This document shows positions 20,684 through 31,511 of a stretch of DNA of 64,000 nucleotides, piece by piece. The stretch's first letter is position 1, and every line of letters starts with the position of its first letter. The position numbers were made by a program, and so were the translations under genes. This DNA is from an uncultured delta proteobacterium. Its GTDB lineage: Bacteria; Myxococcota_A; Polyangia; Polyangiales; B10-G4. The notes under the pieces were generated by a model. The model searched no databases, was not told the DNA's origin, and saw only the letters and a list, made by a program, of their open reading frames with translations. The stretch spans positions 1 through 64,000 of the forward strand of contig CAVSGI010000009.1 in NCBI GenBank assembly GCA_963727445.1, given 5' to 3'.

Positions 20684-21508
20684 TCAGCCGCTCTTCTTCT
20701 GGGCGAACGCCGCCCGGGGATTCCCATCGGCGTCGTTTTCGAATTCGACGGGCCCGTAGGCCTTGCTGCGCTTGAAGAGCAGCCCGAGCTGCCAATCTTG
20801 CCCGAGGCCGAATTCGAACATCAACCATCCATCGTCCTCGAGGTACGCAAGCGCGTCCTTGATGACGCGCTGATGGATGGCGATGCCGTAGGGCCCACCG
20901 TCGAACGCCTCACGAGGCTCCGAGTCGAGGAGCTCCTTGCGGTCGCCCTCGAGCTTTCCCGAGGAGATGTAGGGCGGGTTGCAGATGACGACGTCGATGG
21001 TGCCCTCGAGCCCCTTGCCTTCGAGACCCGCGAAGAGGTCACCCTGGGCCACCTCGACCCGATCGCCGAGCGCGAGGCGCTCCACGTTGCGGCGCGCCAA
21101 GGCCACCGTCTCGTCGGTGAGGTCGCTCATCCAGATGCGCGCCTCGGGCACGGCGGCGCCGATGGCGCAGCCGAGGTTCCCGGATCCGGCGCACATGTCG
21201 ATCACGCGCACCGAACCTTTCTCTTCGGCGATGGCACGAATCACCGACAGCGCCCGTTGGCCGAGGATCTCCGTCTCCTCGCGCGGGACGAGGGCGCCCG
21301 GCGCCGCCTCGAGCTCGACGCCCATGAAGCTCTCGAGCCCCAGGACGTAGGCGATCGGCTGACCATTGGCGCGCGCATTGGCGAGCTCGCGGGCTTTGTC
21401 CGAGTCGCCATTCGCCGCGGCTTCGATGCGCGCTGCGTCCGCGCGGGCCTCGGCTTCACCGACGTCGCCCGCCACCAGGATCCCCACGATCTCTTCGGTC
21501 ATGCTCAT
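20684..21508 (-). CDS. PrmC/HemK-like SAM methyltransferase
   Basis: PREETE, DMCAGSG, NPPY. Confidence 0.85.
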   Translation of the reverse strand: MSMTEEIVGILVAGDVGEAEARADAARIEAAANGDSDKARELANARANGQPIAYVLGLESFMGVELEAAPGALVPREETEILGQRALSVIRAIAEEKGSVRVIDMCAGSGNLGCAIGAAVPEARIWMSDLTDETVALARRNVERLALGDRVEVAQGDLFAGLEGKGLEGTIDVVICNPPYISSGKLEGDRKELLDSEPREAFDGGPYGIAIHQRVIKDALAYLEDDGWLMFEFGLGQDWQLGLLFKRSKAYGPVEFENDADGNPRAAFAQKKSG

Positions 21509-23064
21509 CGGAGCTCCGTCTTCTTGATCTTGCCGGTGGTGGTCTTCGGCAGGTCCGGCACGAGCTCCACGAACTTCGGCACCATGAAGCTCTCCAGCCG
21601 CGCCTGACACTCGCGCTGAATGTCCTTTTCGGTGAAGGTCCGACCCTCTTCGCACACCACGAAGGCCTTGACCGCCTGGCCCAGGATGTCGTCGTCGACG
21701 CCGATGACCGCGGCTTCCCGAATCCCCGGGATGTTCATCAGGACATTCTCGACTTCCTTGGGCGCGACCTTCTCGCCGCGCGACTTGATGATGTCGTCCA
21801 TACGGCCGACGAAGTAGAGGTAGCCGTCCTGGTCGAGACGGCAGAGGTCGCCGGTGTGGAGCACCTGCTCTCCGGGGAGCTTGCCCGGCTTGAGCTTCTT
21901 GGCGGTGGCCTCGGGCTTCTCCCAGTAGCCCTTCATGACGGTCGCCCCGCGGATGACCAACTCACCCACGGTGTCCGGACCCACCTCGTTGCCGGCGTCG
22001 TCGACGATCCAGAGCTCGGTGTTGGGGATCGCGACGCCGACGCTGGTCGGCTTGGCTTCGAGGTCCTCCGGCGGCAGATAGGTGCAGCGCTGACACTCCG
22101 TCAGCCCGTACATGGAGTAGATGCGCGCGCCCGGGAAGATGTCCTTCAGCATCTCGATGTGCTTGACGGGAAGGGCGGCCGCGGTGTTCGTGGCGAAGCG
22201 GATCTTCGAGAAGTCGTATTTCTCGAGCGTCTTCATCTCGGCGAGGATCGCGAAGATGGTCGGCACGCCCGCAAAGGAAGTGACCCCTTCTTCGACGACG
22301 GCGTTCAGTACCTGAGCCGGGAAGGTGAAAGAGCGGTGCAGCACCAGGCGCGCGCCGAGGCGGAACGCCATGATCATCTGGTAGAGGCCGTAGTCGAAGG
22401 CGAGGGGCAGCACGCCGAGGACCACGTCGTCCTCGGCCATGCGGAGGTAGGTCGAGACCGACGTCGCGGCGGTGAGCATGTTGCGGTGCGTGAGCATCAC
22501 GCCCTTGGGATCGCCGGTGGACCCGGAGGTGTAGATGATCGCCGCGAGGTCCGTATCGATGGCGAGGCGCGAAGGCGCGCGCGCCGCGCTTTGGTCGGGG
22601 ACGGCGTCGGCCCAGCGCATGCCGCCGGGGAGCTTCTCGATCGCTTCGTCCGGCGCCCGCTGACCGGAGACGATCGTCAGCTTCAGGTGCGGGCTCTGTC
22701 GCGCCGGCTCGTCGAAGATCTTGAACAGGTGGTCATCGGTGATCAGCGCGGTCGGGCGGCAGTCGTCGAGGAGATACGCGAGCTTGTCGGACTTGGTGAG
22801 CGGGTTGACGATGGAGACCACCGCGTTCGCCTTCAAGACGCCCCAGAACGAGATCACGGTCTCCACTGTGTTGTCGGCGAAGACGATCACGCGGTCGCCG
22901 CGCGCGACCCCGCGCTCCGCGAGCAGCCGCGCCAGCGCGTTCGAGCGCGCGTCCAGCTCGGCGTAGGTCAAGCGACTCTTGCCACATACGAGCGCGACCT
23001 TGTCGGGAGACCTCTGCGCCGCGCTCAGAAGGTAGTCGTGGAGAAGCGGCACGGCCGCGGACAT
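21505..23064 (-). CDS. AMP-dependent acyl/aminoacyl-ACP ligase
   Basis: YTSGSTGDPKG, YGLTE, TGD, PKTTTGKI. Confidence 0.9.
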   Translation of the reverse strand: MSAAVPLLHDYLLSAAQRSPDKVALVCGKSRLTYAELDARSNALARLLAERGVARGDRVIVFADNTVETVISFWGVLKANAVVSIVNPLTKSDKLAYLLDDCRPTALITDDHLFKIFDEPARQSPHLKLTIVSGQRAPDEAIEKLPGGMRWADAVPDQSAARAPSRLAIDTDLAAIIYTSGSTGDPKGVMLTHRNMLTAATSVSTYLRMAEDDVVLGVLPLAFDYGLYQMIMAFRLGARLVLHRSFTFPAQVLNAVVEEGVTSFAGVPTIFAILAEMKTLEKYDFSKIRFATNTAAALPVKHIEMLKDIFPGARIYSMYGLTECQRCTYLPPEDLEAKPTSVGVAIPNTELWIVDDAGNEVGPDTVGELVIRGATVMKGYWEKPEATAKKLKPGKLPGEQVLHTGDLCRLDQDGYLYFVGRMDDIIKSRGEKVAPKEVENVLMNIPGIREAAVIGVDDDILGQAVKAFVVCEEGRTFTEKDIQRECQARLESFMVPKFVELVPDLPKTTTGKIKKTELR

Positions 23065-23125
23065 GTCGTGGTGCCGGTCGAGAGGCATGCGGCTCCGGAG
23101 TATAGAGCACTTCGAAGCGGTCGGG

Positions 23126-25131
23126 TCAGCGCTCGATGACCGTGCGCAGCACGATCTCTTCTTCGTTCGCCCGCTCTTGCGCCGACACGAAGCGCGAGTA
23201 CAGGAGCTGCGTCGACAAGACGCCGACGAGCGCCATGTTGTCGGCGTTCGAGAATTGGCCGGCCGCGGCGCGCCGGAGGCACTTCTGCCACAGGGCCGCG
23301 ACCGCTCTGGGCTCGAACACGCCTGCGGCGCGGACGCTCGCCTCACTCATCATCGCGTCGACCCACTCCGGCCGGTCCTCGGCGACGAAGGAGAGCGCAT
23401 CGGGTGCGCGGTAGGGCTGCTTCACCCGGCGGATGATCTCCGGCGGGATCAAGTCGTCAGCGGCTCGCTTGAGGACGTGCTTTTCGTCGAGGACGCGGAG
23501 TTTGTAGGTGGCAGGCAGGGAATTCGCGAGGGCCATCACTTCGCGATCGAGGAAGGGGAAGCGCCCCTCCACCGAGTTGGCCATGAGCATCCGGTCGCCC
23601 TGCGAGGACAGGAGATAGCCCGAAAGGAGGGTCCGCACCTCGAGGTATTGGTCTTGCGCGAGGGGAGACCAGCGGGCGAGCTCGGGCGGCAGGTCGCTGA
23701 CGAGGTCACCGATGACGTCCAGGCCGGCGGTCTCTGCGCGCATGTCCTCGGAGAAGAGGCGTTTGAGGGCGCCCGTGGTGTGCCAGCGCGTGTCGTGGGC
23801 GAACCCGGGCTCCGCGGCCATGTTCAGGTTCCGCCCGAAGAACTGCTTCGCCATCGCCCGCTGCCTGACGGGGGAGCGCGCGAGGTAGGGGTAGAGGCGT
23901 TCGAGGAGCCGCGGGCGCATCTCCGACTCCGGGTTCCTGGCCCAGAATCGACGCACCTTGCCCTCGCGAAAGATGTCGTAGCCCGCGAACATCTCGTCCG
24001 CGCCCTCGCCGGTGAGGACCACCTTGATGCCGTGGTCGCGCACGAGGCGCGAGAGCAGGAAGAGCGGCGCGGGCGCCGTGCGCAGGATGGGTCGCTCGGT
24101 GTGCGCGACCACGTCGGGGAAGACGGTCGCGATGTCCCGCCGCGAGACCATGACCTCGTGGTGCTCGGAGCCGAGGAACTTCGCCATGGTGTGCTGGTGC
24201 GAAGTCTCGTCGTACTCGGCGTCCTCGAATCGCAGGGAGAAGGTCTGGAAGCGGTCGCCCTTGGCGCGGAGGCCCAGCGCGGCGACCAAGGAGCTGTCGA
24301 GGCCGCCCGAGAGGTAGCTGCCGACGGGGACGTCAGCGCGCAGCATCCGGAGCGAGGTCGCGTCCTCGAGCGCCTTGCGCACTTCGAGGGTCGCGTCTTC
24401 GAGGGAGCCGGCCTTCGCGATCGCCGACGCTTCCCCTTCTTCGGGGTAGTCCAGCCGATAGAACGGTCGCTCGCGCATCGAACCGTCGCGCTCGTACACG
24501 CGGACCCACCCGGGGCGCAGCTCGTGCACGTTCTGCCACACGCCCTGGGGCGGCACGATCGACCAGAAGGTGAAGGTCTCCTCGAGCCCGCGCGGGATCG
24601 AAGGCGCGGGGGAACGACGGGTCGGCGGCGAAGATCGCCTTCACCTCGCTCGAGAAGTAGATGCGTCCGTCGTGCTCTCCGACGTGGAGCGGCCGGATGC
24701 CGACCGGGTCGCGGCTGAGCACCAGCCGCTCCGCCCGCGAGTCCCACAGGGCCACCGCCCATTGACCGTTCATCCGGTCGAAGGCGTCGTCGCCCCACTC
24801 TTCGTAGGCGTGGACGATGACCTCGGTGTCGCTCTTGGTGCGAAAGCGGTGCCCCTTCGCCTCGAGCTCCGCGCGTAGCTCGACGTAGTTGAAGATCTCT
24901 CCGTTGAAGACGATCCACAGCGTCTCGTCTTCGTTCGCCAGTGGCTGCTGCCCGGTGGACAGATCGATGATCGACAGCCGCGCGTGAGCGAGCCCCGCGC
25001 GATGATCGCGGTAGATGCCGAGCTCGTCAGGGCCGCGGTGACGCAGGGCTGCGCACATACGCGCCAGCTCGCCGCGCTCCGGAGCGCGGGCGCTGCTTCG
25101 AAATTTTCAGGATCCCGCCGATCCCGCACAC
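23126..25131 (-). CDS. asnB: Asparagine synthase (glutamine-hydrolysing)-like amidotransferase; two apparent frameshifts (~25095, ~24590)
   Basis: MCGIGG start at 25131, HRGPD, FNGEIFN, LSGGLDSS, GEGADE spread over three frames. Confidence 0.85.
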
Positions 25132-25134
25132 GGC

Positions 25135-26118
25135 TCAGATCTCGACCTCGGTGACGGGCTCGACGAAGAGCGGATGCTCGTGCAGATACCGCGTGGCGCG
25201 ACGCTTGCTGTCGATGTCCTTGTAGACGCGCTCGACCTGCTCGGGGTCGAGGTCCACCACGGGAGCGACCTCGGCGGCGGGCACGTCGTGGTTCTTGGCC
25301 CACAGGCACAGGTCCATCCGATCGTAGGGAAGCGCGAAGTAGAACTCCTCCTGCGTCTGCGGCATGGAGTAGGTGTCGGTGGTGGGCGGCGTGTCGCGCA
25401 CTTCCTTCGGGATGTCGAGGTACTCGGCGAGCGCGTAGACCTGCGTCTTGTAGAGGTGCGCGATGGGCTTGAAGTCGGCGGCGCCGTCTCCCTGCTTCAC
25501 GAAGAAGCCCTGGTCGTATTCGAGGCGGTTCGGCGTCCCCGCGACGGCGTAGCTCAGCCGGTCGGCGTGGTAGTACTCCATCATCTTGCGCACGCGCTGT
25601 TTGAAGTTGGTGGAGGCGACGAGCTGCCGGTACGCGGACACCGGCATGCGCGAAGACTTCTGCTCGCCGTCGGGCGACTGAACCGTGAGCTGAAAGACGT
25701 TGAGGCGGTTGGACTCGAGGATCGAGGGGAGCGTGATCTTGGACTTCCAGCCCTCCCCGTATTCGGGGAAGACGCGGCGGATCGCCTCGTCCTGGCGCGC
25801 GTAGCACCCCGCGCCGCGAACGGCATCGGCGATGTCCTCGACGACGGCCTCGATGCCGAAGTGCTCGGCCACCACTCGGCCGAGGCGAAGGGAGTCACCG
25901 GAGGAGTCGCGTTCGGGCATGAAGAGGCCGAAGACGCGCTCCTTGCCGAGGGCGCGGACGCAGAGCCCGGCCACCACCGAGCTGTCGATCCCGCCCGACA
26001 TCCCGAAGACCGCGCCCTTTCGCCTGAGCCGTCCGAGCACCTGTTCGCGGATGGCCTCCTCGATTTGGGATGCCACCTCGGCGGCGTCGATGCGGAGCAC
26101 GTCTTTCGAGAACATCAA
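25135..26118 (-). CDS. nadE: NH3-dependent NAD+ synthetase-like protein
   Basis: SGGIDSS, NFKQRVRK, K.GDG..D..PI..LYKTQV. Confidence 0.85.
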   Translation of the reverse strand: MMFSKDVLRIDAAEVASQIEEAIREQVLGRLRRKGAVFGMSGGIDSSVVAGLCVRALGKERVFGLFMPERDSSGDSLRLGRVVAEHFGIEAVVEDIADAVRGAGCYARQDEAIRRVFPEYGEGWKSKITLPSILESNRLNVFQLTVQSPDGEQKSSRMPVSAYRQLVASTNFKQRVRKMMEYYHADRLSYAVAGTPNRLEYDQGFFVKQGDGAADFKPIAHLYKTQVYALAEYLDIPKEVRDTPPTTDTYSMPQTQEEFYFALPYDRMDLCLWAKNHDVPAAEVAPVVDLDPEQVERVYKDIDSKRRATRYLHEHPLFVEPVTEVEI

Positions 26119-26136
26119 CGGAACGTATGGCCCCGC

Positions 26137-27744
26137 TCAGCTGCGGGTCAAGCGTCGCCGGCTCCGGAAGACGAGGATGGCGAGGGCGACGAAGAGCGGG
26201 GCGGCTTGGCTCGTCGCCGTCGCCGCCGTGCTGCATCCGCAACCATCGTCGTCCGGCGCGAGACCTGCGTCAGGGCCCGCCATCGTTGCGTCGGCGCCGG
26301 CATCCGTCCCGGCGCCGGCATCGTCCATCGTCCCACCGTCGGGTGACGGCTCGGGGATGCCGAGTGCCATCCGCAGCGCGGGGCCGGGCTGGATACGACC
26401 GTAGCCATAGAGCGCGTCGTGGCCGGTGGCATCTGGAGTGGCGTAGGGGGAGGGGCGCGCCGTGCTGATGAGCGCGTCGGCCAGCTCCGCACCACTGCTC
26501 TCGGGCGCCGCGCTCGCCAAGAGGCCGGCCACGCCCGCCGCCACCGGACACGACGAGGACGTCCCGCCGAACATCGACGTGTAGTCGCCGGGGTCGGAGC
26601 CTCCCGGGCCCATGATGTCGGTGGTGAGCGTGCCGGTGGGGGCCACCACGTCCACCGAGTCACCATGGTTGCTGAAGGAGGTGGCCTCGTCGAAGTTGTT
26701 CGTCGCGCCGACGTTGATGACGCCGCGCACGGCTTCGATCTCGTAGTCGAAGAGCTCTCGGTCGTCGTTGCCTGCGGCGAAGAGCACCAGCGCGCCGCGT
26801 CCGCCGCGTCCGGTATCGACGAGGGTCTCCATCACCGTTCGGAGCGTCGAGGGGATCATGGTGGGGTCGACGAAGCCCCAGCTGTTCGAGACGACCGCGG
26901 CATCGACGTCCAGCGCGAACTGGAACGCCTCGACGTCCGCGCCGATCGGAACGGAGGTGACCGCCTCGTCCAGTAGGCGCACGCATCGCAGACGGCACTC
27001 GGGGCACGTCCCGGCGATGCCCTCCCCGTTGTCCGTCGATGCAGCGGCGAGACCGGCGCAGGACGTACCGTGCGCGTTACCAGGCGATCCGGAGCTGGGC
27101 GTCGGATCGTCGTCTCCGTCGATCACGTCGCGGCCCTGATCGAGGTGATCGACCAGGTCGACGTGCGTGCCGTCGCACCCGGAGTCGATCACCACGATCG
27201 TCGTCGAGGGATCGCCGGTCGAGAGCGCCCACGCGTCCTCGATGCCGATGCGGTCGAGGTACCACTGGCCGTCGTAGCGCGGATCGTCGGGTGGGATGGA
27301 GATCGCGCGGAGCTGGTGGGCGACGATCCAGTCTGGGATCGCGTCGACCAAGGGCCGGCCGGGTCCGGCGTGAGCGCTCAGACGCACGGCGAGGTCGAGC
27401 CCGTCGCCGCCACGGGCGTCCATCACGCGCCACGCGCCGACGCTCGGCGCGATCTCGCGCAGGGGAACGACGTCGAGGGAGCGGAAGAGGGCGTGGGCAT
27501 CGGTGCCGGGCGCGACGCGCACGAGGGCGTGCTCGTCGACCCGCCCGCGCAGTACGCCACCGTTCGCGCCGATGGCGGTCGCGCGGCTCGGATCGTCCGG
27601 ATCGCGGCGAACGCTGAGCAGCTCGGCGCCGTCGCGAATGGATAGCGCAATGTTCGTACGCACCGGTGTGAGCTGGGCGATCGCGGCCCCGGGCGTGGCG
27701 GCGAGCGCGGCGAAGAGCGCGATCAGCGGCGAGATGGAGCGCAT
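26137..27744 (-). CDS. S8 subtilisin-like peptidase with MYXO-CTERM-like tail
   Basis: IDSG, HGTSCAG, GTSSS catalytic motifs; GCGC-TM-RRR C-terminus. Confidence 0.9.
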   Translation of the reverse strand: MRSISPLIALFAALAATPGAAIAQLTPVRTNIALSIRDGAELLSVRRDPDDPSRATAIGANGGVLRGRVDEHALVRVAPGTDAHALFRSLDVVPLREIAPSVGAWRVMDARGGDGLDLAVRLSAHAGPGRPLVDAIPDWIVAHQLRAISIPPDDPRYDGQWYLDRIGIEDAWALSTGDPSTTIVVIDSGCDGTHVDLVDHLDQGRDVIDGDDDPTPSSGSPGNAHGTSCAGLAAASTDNGEGIAGTCPECRLRCVRLLDEAVTSVPIGADVEAFQFALDVDAAVVSNSWGFVDPTMIPSTLRTVMETLVDTGRGGRGALVLFAAGNDDRELFDYEIEAVRGVINVGATNNFDEATSFSNHGDSVDVVAPTGTLTTDIMGPGGSDPGDYTSMFGGTSSSCPVAAGVAGLLASAAPESSGAELADALISTARPSPYATPDATGHDALYGYGRIQPGPALRMALGIPEPSPDGGTMDDAGAGTDAGADATMAGPDAGLAPDDDGCGCSTAATATSQAAPLFVALAILVFRSRRRLTRS

Positions 27745-27836
27745 GGGGGCGTTCTATGGCATCGATGGCTCGCGGCCCGAGCTTCAAGCTCGTGCGCAAC
27801 CTTCCCGCCACATTTCGGTCCTATAAGAGGCCTCCG

Positions 27837-28664
27837 ATGCGCTCGTCCAACTCACCTTCACTTCTTCTTCTCCTGACGCTCGCCGTCGCGCTTTCGGCTT
27901 GCGGTGACGATTCCACGATGATGACCGCCGATTCCGGGCTCGACGATGGGGGTGGTGACGCGGCTCTGGACGCCGCCGTCGACACCGCGCCGCCTTGGAC
28001 GCCGGTGTGCACCGACGCGACGCCCGTTTCGTGCACGGATCAGTCCTTCCTCGATCTGAATCTCTTCACCGACCCATGCATGTCGGCGATCGACAACACC
28101 CCGGACGGCGAGGGATGGGACTCACACGTCGACGCCACCGCGGGTGGGTTCAGCCCGACGCTGAGCTACCTCTACGCGCGCTTCACCGACGACGGTCTCG
28201 AGCGCGTCGACATCGGCGACGAGGCCGCGTTCGACTCGCTGGATTGGGACATCGCGTTCCGGCGCTTCATCATTCGGCTGAACAGCGGGCCCTCCGGTCC
28301 GAGCTGCGTGTCGGCCGCGCGCACCGGGCCCACCACCGAGTACGACACCCTCGAGGCGCCGCCCGACGGCCTCGAGTACCGCACCGAGCAGTACTACACG
28401 GAGAGCTGCGAGATCGTTCCGGACGGCTCGGGCCTCGGATCGCCCGGCACGGCGCTACAGAGCTTCTGGGAGTATCCCGGATGCGTGAAGATGTCCGGGA
28501 ACGTCTACGTGGTGCAGCTCGCGAGCGGCCGGCACCTCAAGCTCACGGTGACCGCGTACTACGACCCGGACGTCCAGGAGACCTGCCAGACGACCGACAG
28601 CATCGACATGACCGCGCCTACCGGCGCGGGCAACCTTCAAATCCGCTGGGCCTTCCTCGACTGA
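27837..28664 (+). CDS. HmuY-family lipoprotein
   Basis: LSAC lipobox; WDIAFRRFIIRLNSG motif. Confidence 0.75.
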   Translation: MRSSNSPSLLLLLTLAVALSACGDDSTMMTADSGLDDGGGDAALDAAVDTAPPWTPVCTDATPVSCTDQSFLDLNLFTDPCMSAIDNTPDGEGWDSHVDATAGGFSPTLSYLYARFTDDGLERVDIGDEAAFDSLDWDIAFRRFIIRLNSGPSGPSCVSAARTGPTTEYDTLEAPPDGLEYRTEQYYTESCEIVPDGSGLGSPGTALQSFWEYPGCVKMSGNVYVVQLASGRHLKLTVTAYYDPDVQETCQTTDSIDMTAPTGAGNLQIRWAFLD

Positions 28665-30172
28665 TGACCGCCATCACGAGGCGCGGAGTCGCGCTGGCGA
28701 CGCTCTGTTCGTGTGCGTCGGTGCTGCTCTTCGCGTCTGCCGCGGCGGCGGACCGTCCCGACACGCCAGGCACCACCGAGCTCTTCCACTTCGACTCCAC
28801 CGACGTGGTGGAGACCTACGGCTCGCCCGGAGGCGACTTCCTCCTGCACTTCACGAGGGCGGGAGCGAACGCGGTACCCAGCGTCGACGCCGACACCTCG
28901 GGCGTGCCCGATTACGTCGAGAACCTCGCCATCCTCTACGACGACGTCCTCTCGTTCTATAGGGACGACCTCGGTTTTCGCGCGCCGTTGGATGACGGCG
29001 CCATCCTCGACAACGGTGGTGACGCGCGATTCGACGTCTATCTCGTCGACTTCGGCGGAGGTTCGGATGGCTCGTTCCGCACCGATGGGTGTGGTCTCGA
29101 CGGTGAGCCGCCCGGACACTGCGTCGGCTTCATGGTCCAGGAGAACGACTTCGTCGGCTACTTCTATCCGTCGGTCGACTACGCGAACCGCGTGCTGTCG
29201 AGCCACGAGTTCTTCCACGCCGTGCAGGCCGCCTACGACGCCGATCAAGGGAGCGTGCTCGCGGAGTCGACCGCCGTCTGGGCGACCGAGGCTTTCGACC
29301 CGACGCTCGACGACTTCGAAGGCTTCGTCGGTGGGTTTCTCGAGCACACCGATCGGCCGCTCGATCGCGGGCTCTCGGGGCCGGTCGATCCCTTCAGTTA
29401 CGGCGCGGCGCTCTTCATCCGCTTCCTCGACGAGCGCTTCGATCGATCCATCGTGCGCATGCTCTGGGAGGCATGCGAGACGCAGCCATGGCTGCCGGCG
29501 CTCGACGAGATACTCACGACCGAATACGACTCGTCCTTCGCGGAGGCCTTCACCGAGCTCGCTGCCTGGGACCTACACACCGGCAGCTACGCCGATCCCA
29601 CGATCGCGTACGCCGAGGGAGATGCCTATCCCCCGGTGACGACCACGATGGTCACCTTGCCGTACTCCACGGACACGCCGCTGCGCGCTTTCTACGCGTC
29701 GGCCCGGTACTTCTCGGGCGCGCCCGGCGGCCGCGACACCGTCGAAGCCGCGCTCGTCGGCGACACCGAGGACCTCGCGCTGATCCTGGCGGTGAGGCAG
29801 GGAAACACCGTGACCGTGGTCGACGGGGCGAGCGCGGACGCCGCGGGCGCAGACGAGGTATTCGCCGTCGTCGTCAACACCGCGCTCAGCGGCGACAGTC
29901 GCCGGCCGGGCCTGTGCATCGGTAGCCCCGACGAGGTGGAGGCCTGCCGCGCTTCGATGGCGCCGATGCCCGATGCGGGCATGATGCCGGACGCGGAGGT
30001 GGACGCGGACGTCGATGGGCGCGTGCTCGACGACGGCGGCGCCGACGCCGCCGCGATGCCCCCGACCTCCGACGGTTGCGGATGCACCGCGCCTGGCCGC
30101 CACGCCCCGACCCCAATGCCGTTCGCCCTCGCCCTCGCCCTCCTCGCCCTCCGCAAGGCACGGGGACGCTAG
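28664..30172 (+). CDS. Secreted zinc metalloprotease (MXAN_6640-like) with MYXO-CTERM-like tail
   Basis: SHEFFHAVQ (HExxH) plus ESTAVW; GCGC-TM tail. Confidence 0.8.
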   Translation: MTAITRRGVALATLCSCASVLLFASAAAADRPDTPGTTELFHFDSTDVVETYGSPGGDFLLHFTRAGANAVPSVDADTSGVPDYVENLAILYDDVLSFYRDDLGFRAPLDDGAILDNGGDARFDVYLVDFGGGSDGSFRTDGCGLDGEPPGHCVGFMVQENDFVGYFYPSVDYANRVLSSHEFFHAVQAAYDADQGSVLAESTAVWATEAFDPTLDDFEGFVGGFLEHTDRPLDRGLSGPVDPFSYGAALFIRFLDERFDRSIVRMLWEACETQPWLPALDEILTTEYDSSFAEAFTELAAWDLHTGSYADPTIAYAEGDAYPPVTTTMVTLPYSTDTPLRAFYASARYFSGAPGGRDTVEAALVGDTEDLALILAVRQGNTVTVVDGASADAAGADEVFAVVVNTALSGDSRRPGLCIGSPDEVEACRASMAPMPDAGMMPDAEVDADVDGRVLDDGGADAAAMPPTSDGCGCTAPGRHAPTPMPFALALALLALRKARGR

Positions 30173-30322
30173 ATTGACAATTGACTTTCGCCCTCGCCGC
30201 GCCCGCGATCCGCGGATGCGCCCCGCACGGGGACGCTAGATTGACAATTGACTTTCGCCCTCGCCGCGCCCGCGATCCGCGGATGCGCCCCCGCGAAAGT
30301 CAATTGTCAATCTAGCGTCCCC
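30158..30322. repeat. 94-bp palindromic element (30229-30322) with a 67-bp tandem partial duplication
   Basis: 30-bp IR GGGGACGCTAGATTGACAATTGACTTTCGC..GCGAAAGTCAATTGTCAATCTAGCGTCCCC; left arm repeated at 30162. Confidence 0.92.
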
Positions 30323-30369
30323 AAAGAGAAAAGGCGCCCCCGGATGAATCTTCATCTGAGGGCGCCTTC
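30323..30369 (-). terminator. Intrinsic terminator after the SPFH gene
   Basis: AAGGCGCCC..GATGAAGATTCATC..GGGCGCCTT hairpin followed by TTTTCTCTTT on the minus strand. Confidence 0.75.
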
Positions 30370-30377
30370 GCTGCGTT

Positions 30378-31481
30378 CTACTCTCGCGTTCCCGAGCTTT
30401 CCGCTCGCGTGCCGGGGAGTAGCTTGTCGAGGCCGTCCGAGCCGACGACGAGGCGAACCTCGTCGATCTCGCCCGCGATCTCCTTCAGCGACTCGAGCTC
30501 CTTGAGACGCATCAGGGTCGGGTTGTCGGCCATGACCTTGGCGGTGTTCGCCATCGAGCGGGTCGCCGCAGCCTCCTCGCGACGGAGGATGACGTTGGCG
30601 GCCGCGGCCTTTTCGGCCTCGATGACGCGGTTGAGCAGGACCTTCATGTCGCCCGGGAGGACGACGTCCTTCACACCGACGCTCAGGATCTGCGCGCCGA
30701 TCGCCTTCGCCTTCGGCGAGACGGCCTCCGCGAGGAAGCGCGTCATCGCGTCGCGACCCTCGAGGAGCTCGTCGAGGGTGACGCCGGCGACGTAGTCGCG
30801 CGCAGCGAGCTGCGCGGCGAGATAGATCACGTCACGGGCGTGATCGACCGTGCTGGCCAGCTTCATCGGGTCCGTGATGCGGTACTCGACGCTGAGGGTC
30901 AGGCGTAGGGTCACCTTGTCACGGGTCATGAGATCCTGACCCGCGATGGCGATCTGCGCCCGGCGCATGTCGATGTTCACGACCCGCACCGCGCCGTCCT
31001 CGGACCACAGGTCGTAGCGACCCGGGCCCAGGGAGCCGACCAGGCGACCCTCGACGTAGTGGAGACCGCGCTCGTGCTCCTGAACGGTTGCACGGACGAT
31101 CTCCGAACGCGGGATCACCTTCAGCGTCTGCTCGTCGAAGCTGGGAAGCGGCTTCTCGGTGGAGAGTCGCTTCAGCTCCACCGACGGGTCCACCGTCCAG
31201 TACCAGCGGGTGCCGGCGTGGAGGTACGTCATGGCGACGCCGTCGCGGAAGAGCAGACCCCGCTCGTTCGAGGCGAGATGCACCTCGGCGAACCAGTCGT
31301 CGGGCAGAATGGCGCGCACTTCCGGCAGCGCCTTGAAGACGAGCGCGTCCGTATCGAAACGCTGCTCGGTGTAGCGCGTGCCCCAGACTAGGTGACGGCC
31401 CGGACCGAGGGCCCGGATCGGCAGCCCATCCTTGAACAGGACGACACGCTCGTTCAGCTCGACCTTGATCTTCGTGAGCAT
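30378..31481 (-). CDS. SPFH/band 7 (slipin-type) protein
   Basis: GQDLMTRDKVTLR, GVKDVVLPG, RREEAAATRSMANTA, RLKELE. Confidence 0.9.
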   Translation of the reverse strand: MLTKIKVELNERVVLFKDGLPIRALGPGRHLVWGTRYTEQRFDTDALVFKALPEVRAILPDDWFAEVHLASNERGLLFRDGVAMTYLHAGTRWYWTVDPSVELKRLSTEKPLPSFDEQTLKVIPRSEIVRATVQEHERGLHYVEGRLVGSLGPGRYDLWSEDGAVRVVNIDMRRAQIAIAGQDLMTRDKVTLRLTLSVEYRITDPMKLASTVDHARDVIYLAAQLAARDYVAGVTLDELLEGRDAMTRFLAEAVSPKAKAIGAQILSVGVKDVVLPGDMKVLLNRVIEAEKAAAANVILRREEAAATRSMANTAKVMADNPTLMRLKELESLKEIAGEIDEVRLVVGSDGLDKLLPGTRAESSGTRE

Positions 31482-31511
31482 GGTTCAGGCTCCTCGTGGT
31501 TGGTTGTTGAT

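Noticed and set aside
30158..30322. Repeated palindromes as CRISPR
   Set aside because: Intervening sequences are near-identical and the arms are inverted, not direct repeats with unique spacers
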